Shown: positions 41,709-54,710 of the stretch, piece after piece | Position numbering within the stretch: position 1 is the stretch's first letter | Layout: each line of letters starts with the position of its first letter | Assembly (NCBI RefSeq): GCF_009914755.1 | Contig: NC_060930.1 | Direction: 5' to 3' (one strand) | Source of the DNA: the human T2T-CHM13v2.0 reference genome, Homo sapiens | DNA length: 64,000 bases | The notes under the pieces: model-generated | Database searches by the model: none | What the model was told of the DNA's origin: nothing | Seen by the model: the letters and a program-made list of their open reading frames with translations, nothing else | Made by a program: the position numbers and the translations under genes

Positions 41709-43934
41709 GTCTGTTTGCCTGTCTCTGCTTTTCAAAGTTTCTGTTCAAACTGATCCAAATAAAACTAAAACCATATGGCCAGAGTGGGGGTATGATGCCC
41801 ATCTATTTTCCCTCATTCCTTTTGAAATAAGCACAGGAGCCAAGCATGACAAATCCCTTTGCAGGAAGATCATTTTTAGCCTGGTTGTTTTGTGTTGTGT
41901 TGTTTGAATAATTGCTTAGAACATTTTGATACTTCATGGCATTTTCCTCCCAAGAAAAAAGTTTTCAGATTAGTAATATTTTTCTTCACTAATCTCAGTC
42001 TTAGCCACTAAACCGCAACCAAAGGGTCTAGAATAAAGAAAAAGACCCTGTTATTTGTTATTTTTTAAGCGAAAAGGGGATTTTGTGTATATGTCTTAAT
42101 TGGGCTGGATACCCTGCGACTATCTTATTGAAGTTTGAAAGCTGGGAGTTTCCAGGATATGTGCTAAACTTGATTTGCCTGTGTGTGTTTTTGTTAGGTA
42201 CCAGCCAAAATATTTTATTTATTTGTTTATTTATGTAAAGAATGAGGGATTTCTGCTTAGGCCTCCGTCCAGGGGAATTCATGGTTCAATAAAGACTAAC
42301 AGCCCCAGCAAGGTTACAGCTTTCACCAGTTCGTTTCTCCCTGGGTTCTTTATCAAAAGGAAACAGACCTTCTGAGAATGAACTTCCAGTGGATCATTCC
42401 TTTTTTTATCAAAACATCTTAGCAGAGCTAAAAGATAGTCTAGCTGGTTTGGGAGGCAGAAAAATAAGGATAGGCTAAGGGTGAAAAGGATAAGCTTAGT
42501 GGGACTTATCCTCAGAAAAGACCTGGATTTCTGTGCTGTCATGCAGGCCCACCCCTAACACTGCAGAGCTTCCGTGGGGCTTGAAGAGCATTGCTTGTTG
42601 AATGGATGTCTAGGTTTATGGGTTATATACCAGGCCCGCACTGGGCAGCAAATTCCAAGCAACAAAGGCAACCATGTGTTCATCAATAGAGTTCTGTTTT
42701 TTTGAGTGTTTGTGAAACACTGGACTCTCTAAAGTGCAGTGCCTAGATGACTCTGACACTAAAAAAATACATACCATCAGTAACCTAAATCACCAAAGGC
42801 CTCCTGCTCAGAGATGTCTATGAAGGTGGCAAATACCCAATGCTGGCAGAGCATCAGATTCACCTGGGGAGCTTTTCGATGCTACAGACATTCAACTTCT
42901 CCAGTTCCTCTTCATCAGATCTCTAGGGGTAGGGGCTCAAGCATAAAAATCAGTGTGAGGTTGGAAGCCAAGGTTACAGAGGCTACTTGAAAGCAGTAGT
43001 TACAGAAGGCCACCCAACCGTGTGTTCTATTTGGACACCTGTGAGTGACAGAAGCGCATGTCATGTGCTGCCCTTGGTGGGACACCACGCAGACAACAAA
43101 CGGGACCTTTCTTCTCTAGTTCTTTTTGGATGGTCAATTGTCCCAAACTTTCCAACTCATTCATCTTGTTACTCTCTATAAAACTCTGAGCACAGTCAGC
43201 CTCCCATTTGTGCTTAATCAATTAACCAATTAAGGCAGTAGATACTAATACCTTATTTCATTCTCCAGGTCCCTAGCTCAGCCTTCTCCTTCAGAACCTA
43301 AATAAATATTCAAAGAAGTAACACATGTTTGAGATTTCTGAGGGATCTCAAATAACCTATAGGGAAAAAAGTTTTCATAATGACTCATATAAAAGCTGGG
43401 GGGCCCAGTCTGAAGGTGAGCTTTTCAAGAGCAGTTGAGGACATTCAGGAATTAAAAGGTCCTTCTATGTAAACAAACATTTTATGTGAAGAAAAGTTTA
43501 AAATCGCATTGTAGAGGACCCACTTACTACTGAATTAGAGAAATGACATATTAAGCAAGGCATCTTTGACCTAGACTAGGAAAGAATTAAAGGTGCCATC
43601 TAGGGCTGACAGCAGAGCCAGAGGCATAGCTTCTTAAAACGTGTAACTCTCAGCTCCGCTGCAATGCATTCTGGCCTCTTGGGTTCATATCTCATCCCCA
43701 TGGACAATTTCTTGATGCTATCATGTAGAACACATGGGGTTCTAGGATTCATTACTGGGCAAACTCTACCTCTGGCAGAGTCCAGTCAAGAGGGCCTATG
43801 CAAGTGAGCATCTGAGGGGGCTCAACTGCAAAATTTAATTGTAAAAATCATCTCAAAGGTCAAACTGTAGTCAAATGGGTAAGTTGTGGCTCTGCCACTA
43901 AATAACCCTGGGTGACTTTGAGTGAATAATTAAT

Positions 43935-44500
43935 TAATTCATTCATTCATTTATGTACTTATAAAGTAGCTGTTACGTGCCAGAAGTGTGTCAATCACTG
44001 GGGATATAGCAGTAATCAAAACAGAGAACCCCAAGCCCATGCCTGCTAGGGAAAGAGATGTTAAACAAAACACCAAAATACATGTAGAAATACAACTTAA
44101 GATAAGAATTGAGAAGGAGTGGTGTAACACGGGGGTCCCTCCTTTAGACTGAAGGGTCAGGGAGGACCTGTCGAAGTAATTAAACTGAAACTTAAAGGAT
44201 GATTAGGAATTAGACAAAATGGTATGGGAAGAGGGCTTCAGACATTAATAACAGCAGGTGTGTGGGCTGGTGTTCGAGGGAAAGAGTGTTTAGAGGAGTG
44301 GGCATGGGAGTTACAAATATGGTACTTGCCCCATAATGATGAAAATGATGGCCCAAGGGATGCAAACCAGACATGAAGGGAAATGAAAGAGGGAGGTGCT
44401 GAAAAAGAAAAAAAGCGAGTGAGTACATTGGTGGTCTGACCAAGGCTGCTGAGATTGGAGAACGGTTTCAGCGAGGGACCTCAAGCCTGTGCACTTTCTC
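43935..44500 (-). mobile_element. L2 3' fragment
   Basis: ttcattcattcattt...gtgccag...ctggggatatagcagt...ggtcagggaggacc...aaactgaaacttaaaggatga. Confidence 0.6.
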
Positions 44501-45042
44501 ATTGGAGAAGTTCTTATTTGAAGTAGCAGTAGCAGTGATGTCCAGCGGGTGGCAGCTGGAGTGGATGGCTGAGGTAGAGTGTAGAAAACATGTATTGGCA
44601 ATGAGGGGGTCCCAGGAAAGAGCCCATTCAATGGGCTCTATGTTGAATATGCCCCTGAATATTCACATTTCTAAGAAGAATGAAGACTGGTCCAGGTGCT
44701 AAAGTTTTTAATGAATGACAGGAAGTGACCAGGAGGCTTGCAGACAATCTCCTCTCTTCCCTGGGAGACCCCTCCGATTTTTGCTATAGGCAATAACAAT
44801 ATTCAGTTTTCTTAACTCTTTCAACGTGATGAAAAACACACTAGGCTTAAAATCAGAAGACCTAGGTTCAAGTTCTGGCCTGGTGACCCTCTCGATGTGC
44901 CCCTTTTTTTTGGACATGTCACTCTGAGCCTTTAGGTCTGGGTTTCCTCATCTGTGATTTATATAAATGACTCTCGAAGGGTGGTGGGAAGTGGGACGGG
45001 GAAGACATGCCTCCTTAGGGAAGTCCACCAGAATTTCGAGGG

Positions 45043-45200
45043 CAGTGGTTTTCAACCCACCTTGCACATGAGAATCACCTGGGGAACTTAAAAAAATTAT
45101 AAGCCACCCATGAGATTCTGAATTTGGCCTGGGTTGGCCAGGTTTTGGAATTTTTTGAAAGGTCCCCCAGTGATTCTGATGGGCAGCTTGGGAACCACTG
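45043..45200. mobile_element. MER5A
   Basis: cagtggttttcaac...gaatcacctgggga...gtgattctgatg...ttgggaaccactg terminal inverted repeats. Confidence 0.8.
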
Positions 45201-47375
45201 CTCAAGGGAAACATAGGTCATTTGAGATGATCTCCAACTTACACCACTAGAATATAAGCCTCGTTTTTCTGTTTTGTTCACAGAAATTACCTGAGTGCCC
45301 AGACTAGCTGACACAGCGTAGGCATTCAACAAATTGTGTTTGCATTTTACTCTGATTATAAAGCAGATCAGAGCACCATGCCCCAGGGACACGATAAAGT
45401 CAAAATTGTCACTGAATGTCCTATTCAACTACTTAATTCTTTGGTCAATCCTGGCCATAGAAATGTGGGTGACCCTGTAGCCCCAAGCAGAATTCTAAAA
45501 GATTAAGTTAGATTCATTTATATATAATGAACCTCCTTCAGAATGTTCCACACATGTACGTACACGTGGCCTCAACCTCACAAGGGGTCTGCATCCAGGG
45601 GATTTATTCATTAGACCCCTAGGGAGATCATGGCCCCTTTTCCTCTCTGTTCCCATTGCACCTTGACTCGGTTTTGCCCCTCAGCAATCAAAGAGTGTAG
45701 AGATTGCCTGTTTAAAAATCTCCCTATGATGCCCCTGTTTACAAGAAATTCCCTGAAGACAGAGAGTCTTCTATTTTCCTTCTAATTCCAGCACTTATTG
45801 ATAATGACAATGATAATGATGATGATGTCCCTGGCTCTGAACCAATATTTTATCACTTAATGAATACATTTGAATACTGTCTGGGACACACTGGGGATTT
45901 TCCTCTGCTGTATTTCCCTTCCAGTAGAGAAAGAACCAGGATTAGACCACAGAGCCCAGTCAGAAATTTACTTGGTGGCTGGTGGTGGGGTCACTTAGAT
46001 GCTGATATTTCCCTGGGATGAAGGTAAGAAGGAAGGGGTGAAAGGAAGCTTGGTGGACTCTGGCTCATGAAGACTGGCTGATGGGTTCAGGTTATTGCCC
46101 TTTTCCCAGCCTGCTTCGGGGAGGTCAGGGAACAAAAGCACCATGATGACTTTGGAAAGAAGGAGAGGTCTTACAGGGTCAGAGGGGTACATTAGCTGCA
46201 AATTTTTCCACTATGTGGCCTCCTAGAAATAACTGGAGTATGGGAATTAAAAAACTCAGTCCTCAGCCTTCTTCTGAACCAGCTGAGTGACACTGGGCAA
46301 GCCACTTAACCACTCAATGGCTAAAAGTTGTCGCTGTAATCACAGTGCCATAGTGCAAATCAAAACTAGGTAATACATGTAAAATCTCTTCACAATAAAA
46401 CCCTTTCCATGCTCTGTGAAGTGATATAGATAGCAAAGCACTGTTCCCATTGTGTTCTGGTCACTTAGGTGTCCTGGAGTTTGCTGCATCAGCTATTTGG
46501 GCAGGGCCCTTGTGAGCAGCCCCAGGTCTAGCATAGAGCCTGGAAGTGAGCATTGTTGCGTGGGTTTGCAGCTTATGTTGCCTATAATTTTAGCTGTGAA
46601 TGGTGCTTTTGTCTCTCTTGAAATCAGATAAGAGCCTAAGGGAAACAAGAACTTTCCAAGATACTGTCATCTATCCTTTCCCTCCACCAGCTGTAAGGTA
46701 ATAATCAGAAGTTCCTTGAAAATGTTGATTTTCCTGCTGGACATCTGCTAGAACACTCCCGCCTGTGAACGCCCAGGACAGATCTGAGGGGGGCCCTGAA
46801 GGGTTGTGCATCATCCACAATGGCCTTTGCCTTTTCTATCCTTTGCAACTATTTCTCCACACCTTCTTTTGCACAAGACTGTAGCCTCTGTTTCTCTTCA
46901 TTCATCATGATAAAATCCAAATTGCCCAATAGCTGCTACTGTGTAAGAACAGCTCTTCCTTCTTCAGAGAACCTTCCTGGACCACCTAGCTTTGGAGCTA
47001 GCTGAACTTTGACCTACCCCCTCCTACTCAAATCCTGTAAAGCATTTCATGTTCCTTCCCTAAGTTAGAAAGCTTCCTTGGAGTTTTCTCATGCCTGGCA
47101 TTCTGGAGCAAAACTATGTTAATGATGCTGTAGTAATTTTCCTAGAATCTGGGTCTGAGAGGCCCAGATTTTTTTTTTATGGCAGTGGGTGCTAGGATGG
47201 GGTATTTCGTATTTTCAGACTTTTCTTCCATTGTCAGTAGAAAAAAAGACATATTTCCTTCTGTCCTTGCTGTTGTAATCATTTAGATGGCTCTGGGTCT
47301 TCTATACCAAATTACTATCGTTTTGTTATAGAATCAACTTCGATGACTGATCAAGTCTTCAGCCTTGTTTTAGAC

Positions 47376-47611
47376 AAGGCCAGGACTAGGATAAGGTTAG
47401 TGAAGCACTTGCTTTTGAGCACAGTATTTAAGGAGATGGCCAAAAACTCAGTAACCAAGATAACTAGTATTTTAATGTGTCTTTTAAAAATAGACACTAA
47501 TGCAAAAAAAATCCATGATGAGCAAAATATGATAATTTTAAATAAACCTGAGGTCAATATTATTGAGTTTTCTTTTTGCTCCAGGCTGCAATGTAACCTG
47601 GCATAGCACTG
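47376..47611. mobile_element. MER96B-like hAT element
   Basis: ccaggactaggataagg...atttaaggag...ccaaaaactcagtaaccaagataa...gcaaaaaaaatccatgatgagcaaaat. Confidence 0.65.
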
Positions 47612-50600
47612 GCCTGGGATATCTATTTCTGATAGGTTTCCTTCATCAGGGTCTTTTCTGATTTACCAGACTGCTTCATTTTCTCTGTGGATCACGTACC
47701 TCCAGTGGGAGTTTCCCTAAGCCACAGCACCCTCAAAAGCCTTCAATGTGCTCTTCTCCTTCCTTTACCCGTGACTTCATCCTCATGTGCGTAACGGCAG
47801 CAGCCAACATTTCTCGCCAATGTGCCAGGCTCTGAGCTAAGATCTTCACATTCATTGTCAGCTAACCTCACAATGTGCACAGGTACCAATTCAACAGGTC
47901 CTGGTATTATCCCGGTTTTATGTTTTATAGCTGAGAAAGCTTCAGAGCGATGCTATCACAGCCATAGGTGGCACAGCTAGTGCACAGCAGAGCCACCCTC
48001 ACCCACCCCTCTGTATTGCTCCTCACAGTTTCAGTCCTCAGTCTTTTCTTTCTTCTCGCCATTCACGAATCCCGTCAGTATTCACTTTCCAGGACCTGTC
48101 GACGTTTCTCTTTAAGAGCTTTCTGTTGGATTAGAAGCTCCACTGAAATTCATCTTGCTGAAATGCAAAGCTAGATGAAGGAACCTCAGAGAGAAAGCAT
48201 TGATCCAAAGCAATTAATTCCCTCAATTTGCCGAATAGGAAACGGAGTCCTGGAAAGGTGATACGATTTGCCAGCCTTCCCTGTTGATGACGCGGCAGGA
48301 TCACCTGCTCTGCCACTCTGCCTTTCCCCTCCCTTTCCACCAGACTCCAGCTCCTCTCCATACAGGACTGGGACCCCCAAAGTGTCCTGCCCACCCGAAG
48401 TTTTCCTCTCAGGCCTCCGGCTGTGTGCTTTGTTCCCAAAATTGCTCCAATTTCCTCCCCTTCGAGCCCACTTCCTCCCTAACCCCCAGACACAGGCATT
48501 GATCTCTTCTTTTGTGCTAGGGGTTTTGCTGATATTTGTAGGTGGCCCTCTGAAAAACATAAACAAAACTGGACCTGACTCAGAATAAAGTGGTAAAGCT
48601 GGAGGGAAAAGGGGGATGGGGCCCAGCTTCGGAGAGAAAATTACCTCCAAACTTTAGACTGCTGGTTGGCTTCCAAGTACAGTGTGTGGGGTGGATCACC
48701 ATCACTAAACCAAGCCCACCTTTTAGGGGAAGGGGTATTATTCAAAACACCTCTTTATCCTGACCTGCCAGGACCAGTTCCCCTCCCCCGTGCCAGCTGT
48801 AGTTACAGCCCTCTGAGTCAACAAAGGGGTTGGGCTTGTAAGACTTCATTTATAAGCACCTAAATTCCCTTTCACTTACTCCCAGAAGCTCATTAATAGA
48901 TCAGTTGGTCAACATCTTGGAATGTGCCTTGGAAAAGGATAGGATAGATGAAAGGAAAGTTTCCATGAGAGGAGAGGAATTTAAGGCCAAAGAGTAGCCT
49001 GAAATGTCCCAAGCTCTCATTAGAGATTGGCAGGCTCAGTTGTTGCATTGCTACACATGGTTCCTAAATTCCACCAACAGAGAAAGGTAGTCAGAGGTTT
49101 ACCCAAAAAGACTGTCTGCTGGTCATGTTACTGCTTATGCTGGCAAATGATTAATAAGTTGGGAAGAAAAAAACCCAAAAGATTTGTTATAAAACATTCT
49201 GTGGAAACTTGGGGCAGAGATTGCACCCAAAAAATCAGCGATTTCAAGTTAATGGTGATCAGGTAAAGGAGATATTTTGAAGTAATGTGATGCAAAGCTA
49301 CTACCACTGATTACAGAGTTTGACATCACTGCTCCAAGGTAGGAAACAGGAGATCAGTAGGAATTCTTTACCTTCCTTCCACTTTTCAAATGGAGGCGAA
49401 GAATTAGCTTCTATGAATCCTTTAGCAACTCATAGCAAGAAAGAGCTTTTCTCCTTGTCCTGGTCCAAATTAGCCACAGGCTGGAGTTATTGAGAGGAAC
49501 AGCACATTGAAGTTGCACAGAAAGTTGTTTTCAGGGAGGACAGAAAAAAATGGAAACTGAATTGGGCAGACCATGTGCCTCCCTAAATCCAAAATTAAAT
49601 CCACGATACATAATCTGCCTGCCTTCTCACATTGCACTGTGCTGGGTGGCCAAACATACCAAGGGGCTCCTGCTGAACTGGAAGCGGGCTGTCATCTTAG
49701 CCTCCATGAAAAGCTCATCTTTGAAAACTCATCTTTCCTTACGGGACTACTACATTTTACAAGGATTTTTTTTCTTCTAAATGCAATACATTGATGTTTA
49801 CTTTTTAAACAAAAATGCTCATTATTGAATTTTTTTAGTTGATTCTACTTTTGCAGTTTGTGTAATTGACATCCTAGGTGACATGGAGATTCCTGTGGCT
49901 GCCTGACTCCAGGCAGTGGCTCCCAGAAGCTAGCAAGCAGAGCACACTGCCCAGAGTTGGGATATCAATACCCTTTGTGAAAACCACAAAATAGGCAATT
50001 TGAAAAGTAGAGAGAACTCTGAAGAGGAAAAAAGGTCCCTTGCCATTTTACTACTTTCAGCATTTTAATTAAAATGTATTTTTGTCAATGCAATGGTTGT
50101 TTCAGACATTTTAAGAAAACATCTTGATTCCAAACCCCGGGGTAAATTAAGTCAATAAACTTTTGAAGACTTGTGCCATGCTGCAGATGGACTTTAAAAG
50201 CCACTGGGGGGTGGGGAGAATGGGGGTTTCTAAATATAATAAACTTCCCAAAAAGGCAATTTCAAGCCTAACTGAAGTCATACTATTTTTGAAAGTGGAA
50301 ATCCCCCTTTTCACCACACAACCCCGTGGTCGAGCCATCTAAGAATTCAGCTTCTGTGCCAGTGATAGGACAAAGCTCATCCTCTGCCGAATGCCACAGT
50401 CACTCCTCTTCCTTCCTGCCACCCACAGGGTCAGCAACAAGCACTATCAGTTAAACGTGACACCTGGTGTCTGCGGGCTGCCTCCGGTGGGAGCCAAATC
50501 CCACGTGTTGGTGTGGTTCCCACTTAAATAGATGTTTTCCTTTGAATCGTTTCTTTTCAACCTTGATTTCAGTTCTGTGCTAGTTTCTGGACTTTTGCCA

Positions 50601-51745
50601 GCACTTCTTCATAAAACAGCTTGTATTTGCTTTGAAAAACAAGAAAGGTTTGCATTTTGGAAAATATACTTCATACTTCATACTTCTAACCTTTACCATG
50701 GCCTGAAGGAAAAATGTAGCAGTTTCTTTCTGTAAATTTTAAATATAGGAAAGATAGCGGTCACTTTATAAAGAAAGCCAAACTTGTCCACATCCTTACA
50801 CTCTTCCTCAAAGTTCATTTCCACATTCAATTTGGGTCGGGCTTTGTTTAGAGTGCCAATGAGCCTGCCTGGGCCACTTCTGCATTCTTGATGTTTGCAG
50901 CATTCACTGCAGAAACTGGCATTAAGACAGGCCTCTGCCACCCACAGCAATGCTCCTGCCACCTCCCTCCACTGTGCAGCCCCAAAGTGACAGAGGCTGA
51001 GGATCCCCAGCAAAGCAAACTGCTTCTGTCATCTGCTTTCAGGCAATTTTGAGGCACCTTTTCTTGGCTTATTTCCACTGCTAAGCCCTGACACAATATA
51101 ATATTTCAAAAGCCCCTAAGTGCTGACAGAATACTCAAAATCACATTTTACAAAACCAAAGACAGAGGCCTCCCGCTGCTTATTAATGCCCATCATGATA
51201 ATTCCTTACTTTGTCATAGTCTATGTATTTGTGTTGTTGTTAGTTTGTGTTGTTGATTTGTTCAGCCAAGGATCAAGCAACAGAGTGCAAGTGAGGCCAC
51301 CCAGCGAGGGGGAGAAGGTGCAGCCTCTCAATCTACAGTGTACTTCTAAACATTCACTTTTTTTCTGATTATATAGGTAATTCACGTTTACGTGAGAAAT
51401 TTTGGGGAAATTTGCAGAACATTAAGAAAAAAAAATTATTGCTCTAGATCATCTCCCCAAAATTGCACCTCAATATTTTGGGAAATATTCTTCTAGCATT
51501 TTTTTCTATGCCTTTAAATATTCATCACCACCACCCCCTGCCCCTCTCCTACCCCACTCCTCCAGTTGGGATCATGTTAAACATACTGTTTCATAACAGT
51601 ATGTCTAGCACACTGTTATGGTGTAGTGTAATTAGTTTTCTGTCATTTAATTTGATCCATCTTTTGTTTCATTTGTTATTATAAAAACCCAGAGTAATAG
51701 CCAGAGCAGATGTTATTAGCCCCATTTCACAGATTAAGAAAATGA

Positions 51746-52056
<311 letters not shown>

Positions 52057-52499
52057 CTAAAGTCATAGCATGGTTAAGCTTAGGTCTCCCAACTGCCAAT
52101 AAAGTGCTCTTTGTCTACATCAAATTAAAGGGAGAGAAAAGCACAATGTAGGGGTCCTCAATATTCCTTTGCAAGAATAAGAGGCATTAATGATAGGTCA
52201 TTGACATAATGACTCCTTAGAGAAGAAAAAAATAATATTTTACTACTATAGCAATAATGGCACTGATTTACAAATGACAGAAAATACAATGTTTTCAGGA
52301 ATTTAAAAATATTTGGGAAATGTTGGTGAATATATGAAATTTTCATTCATTGCTGGTGGGAGTGTAAATTGACACAACCACTTTAGAAAACTGGTAAAAC
52401 ATAATGAACATCCTAACACACAGCATTACCATTCCTTGGTATATAACACACAGCATTACCCAACACACAGCATTATCAATCCTTGGTATATACCTAAGA

Positions 52500-52720
52500 G
52501 CAGAGCAAGGTTCAACAAACTATGGTGTACAGGTCAAATCTGGTCTTTGTAAATAGCACTTTATTGAAACACAGCTACATCCATTTGTTTATGTCTTCTC
52601 TAGAGCTACTTTGGCACTGCAATGGCATAATTGCGACAGACAGAAACCATATGACCCGTAGATCCTAAAGGATTTACTCTTTGACCTTTTACAGTAGAAA
52701 TGTGCCACTCTCTCTGCCTG
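52500..52720. mobile_element. MER58A-like element inside an old L1ME fragment (~52270-53620)
   Basis: caacaaactatgg...ggtcaaatctgg...ttttattgaaacacagctaca...gacccgtagatcctaaag...acctttta. Confidence 0.7.
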
Positions 52721-52896
52721 GGAGGATAAATGCATATATTCACAAAGCAGTATGTTAAAGAATGTTTATAACAGTTTTACACACAATTGCCAAAAACTGA
52801 AACCCACCCAAATGTCTGTCAACAGTAGAACAAATAAATCTTGGTATAGTTATACAATGGAATACTATACAATGATGACAAAGAACAAACTATTGC

Positions 52897-53343
<447 letters not shown>

Positions 53344-54339
53344 AAACTATGGCTATCTACAAAAGTGATATATTTCACAAACATAATGTTATACAAAGAG
53401 TACTTACAAAACGATTCCATTTATATAAAGTCTAAAGACCAGTCAAAAATTAACATATGGTGATCCAAATTAGAATATTGGCTACCTTAGGGTGGTTATT
53501 GACTGAAAGGAGGCATGAGAGAGAGGCTTCTGGGGTGCTGGCAGTGTTAATCTGGGAGGTAAATAGGGCATGTTTATTTTAAAATCCAACAAACTCTATA
53601 CTAAAAAGTACGTTATACCTCAAAAGAAATTTAGAAAACTTGTGAAGTATGAGAAATGGTCAGAAGAGATGGTAAAGGAATACAGAAAAATCTATCGTAA
53701 TGTTGTCAGATGTAATTATTACCACTATATGATTATAGACGTCTCTGATTGGACAGAATAATGTAATAGCATTTTTGTTAGCAAAATTAATGCCACAATT
53801 GAATGCTATAACAGAAGTTCACACTAACAAGAGATAAGTCTGTTGCCCTCATAAGGGTTCTTCACTGAACAATATGAAGGACCTAAAGGAGTTGGCAAAA
53901 TCTTTAGGCTCTGAAGCTGCCAGAAGATTCTGAGGGTAGGCAGATGAGTAGAAAAAAGCTCCAAGGAGACAAGAGAGGGGACCAGATAAGGAGGAGATTC
54001 AGTGATTCCACTCAAGCTACTCTTATTGCAGGTGGACTCTGTATGGATTGATGACCGATTTCATGGGAAAAAAAAGGAAGTAGCTTGCCAAAAGTCTCTG
54101 GACTCTGTGACCGTGCCTGATTGACCAAAAGTAAGACTATCTTTTTGATAATTGACAGATCAACACACCCTCCTAGATGTTACAGACACAGATCCCATTA
54201 ACTGAATAAATAAATGAAGAAAATATGCAGAAAGGAAACTGTTAACCTTGGAAGGGAAAGGAGCAGTCTCCATCCACTCTTCTTTCACTTACATCTTTAT
54301 ATTTGTATTCAATCACTTTGTTATTTTTACTTATTTATG

Positions 54340-54710
54340 TTTATACCGGCTGTTTCCTCTGCCTGGAACCTTATTCGCCTGTGCATCCTCATAGCTACTC
54401 CCTATTTCCTTCAAGTCTTAGCTCAGATTTCACTTTCTCAGTCCAGACCTATACAGACTCCCTATCTGAAGTTGCTGCCCACACACTCATATCAATATTA
54501 CAGGTTTTCCCTGGCCTGCTGTGTTTTTTCCATCGTACGTATCACTTCCTTATACTCTATGCACTGTACTTATTTATTATGGCTATTGTCTGTCTGTCCC
54601 GCAATAAATGTGAACTCCACAGGAGCAGAGATTTATTTTACAGATGTAAGTCTGTATCCCTGGCACAAAGTAGGCGTGCAGTAAATATTTGTTTCATGAA
54701 TAAGTGAATG
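54340..54710 (+). mobile_element. L2 3' end
   Basis: gctgtttcctctgcctggaac...aatgtgaactccac...cctggcacaaagtaggcgtgcagtaaatatttgtttcatgaataagtgaatg. Confidence 0.75.

Noticed and set aside
41467-41907. Hydrophobic or KERK-repeat ORFs
   Set aside because: These are translations of the (CTTT)n simple repeat.
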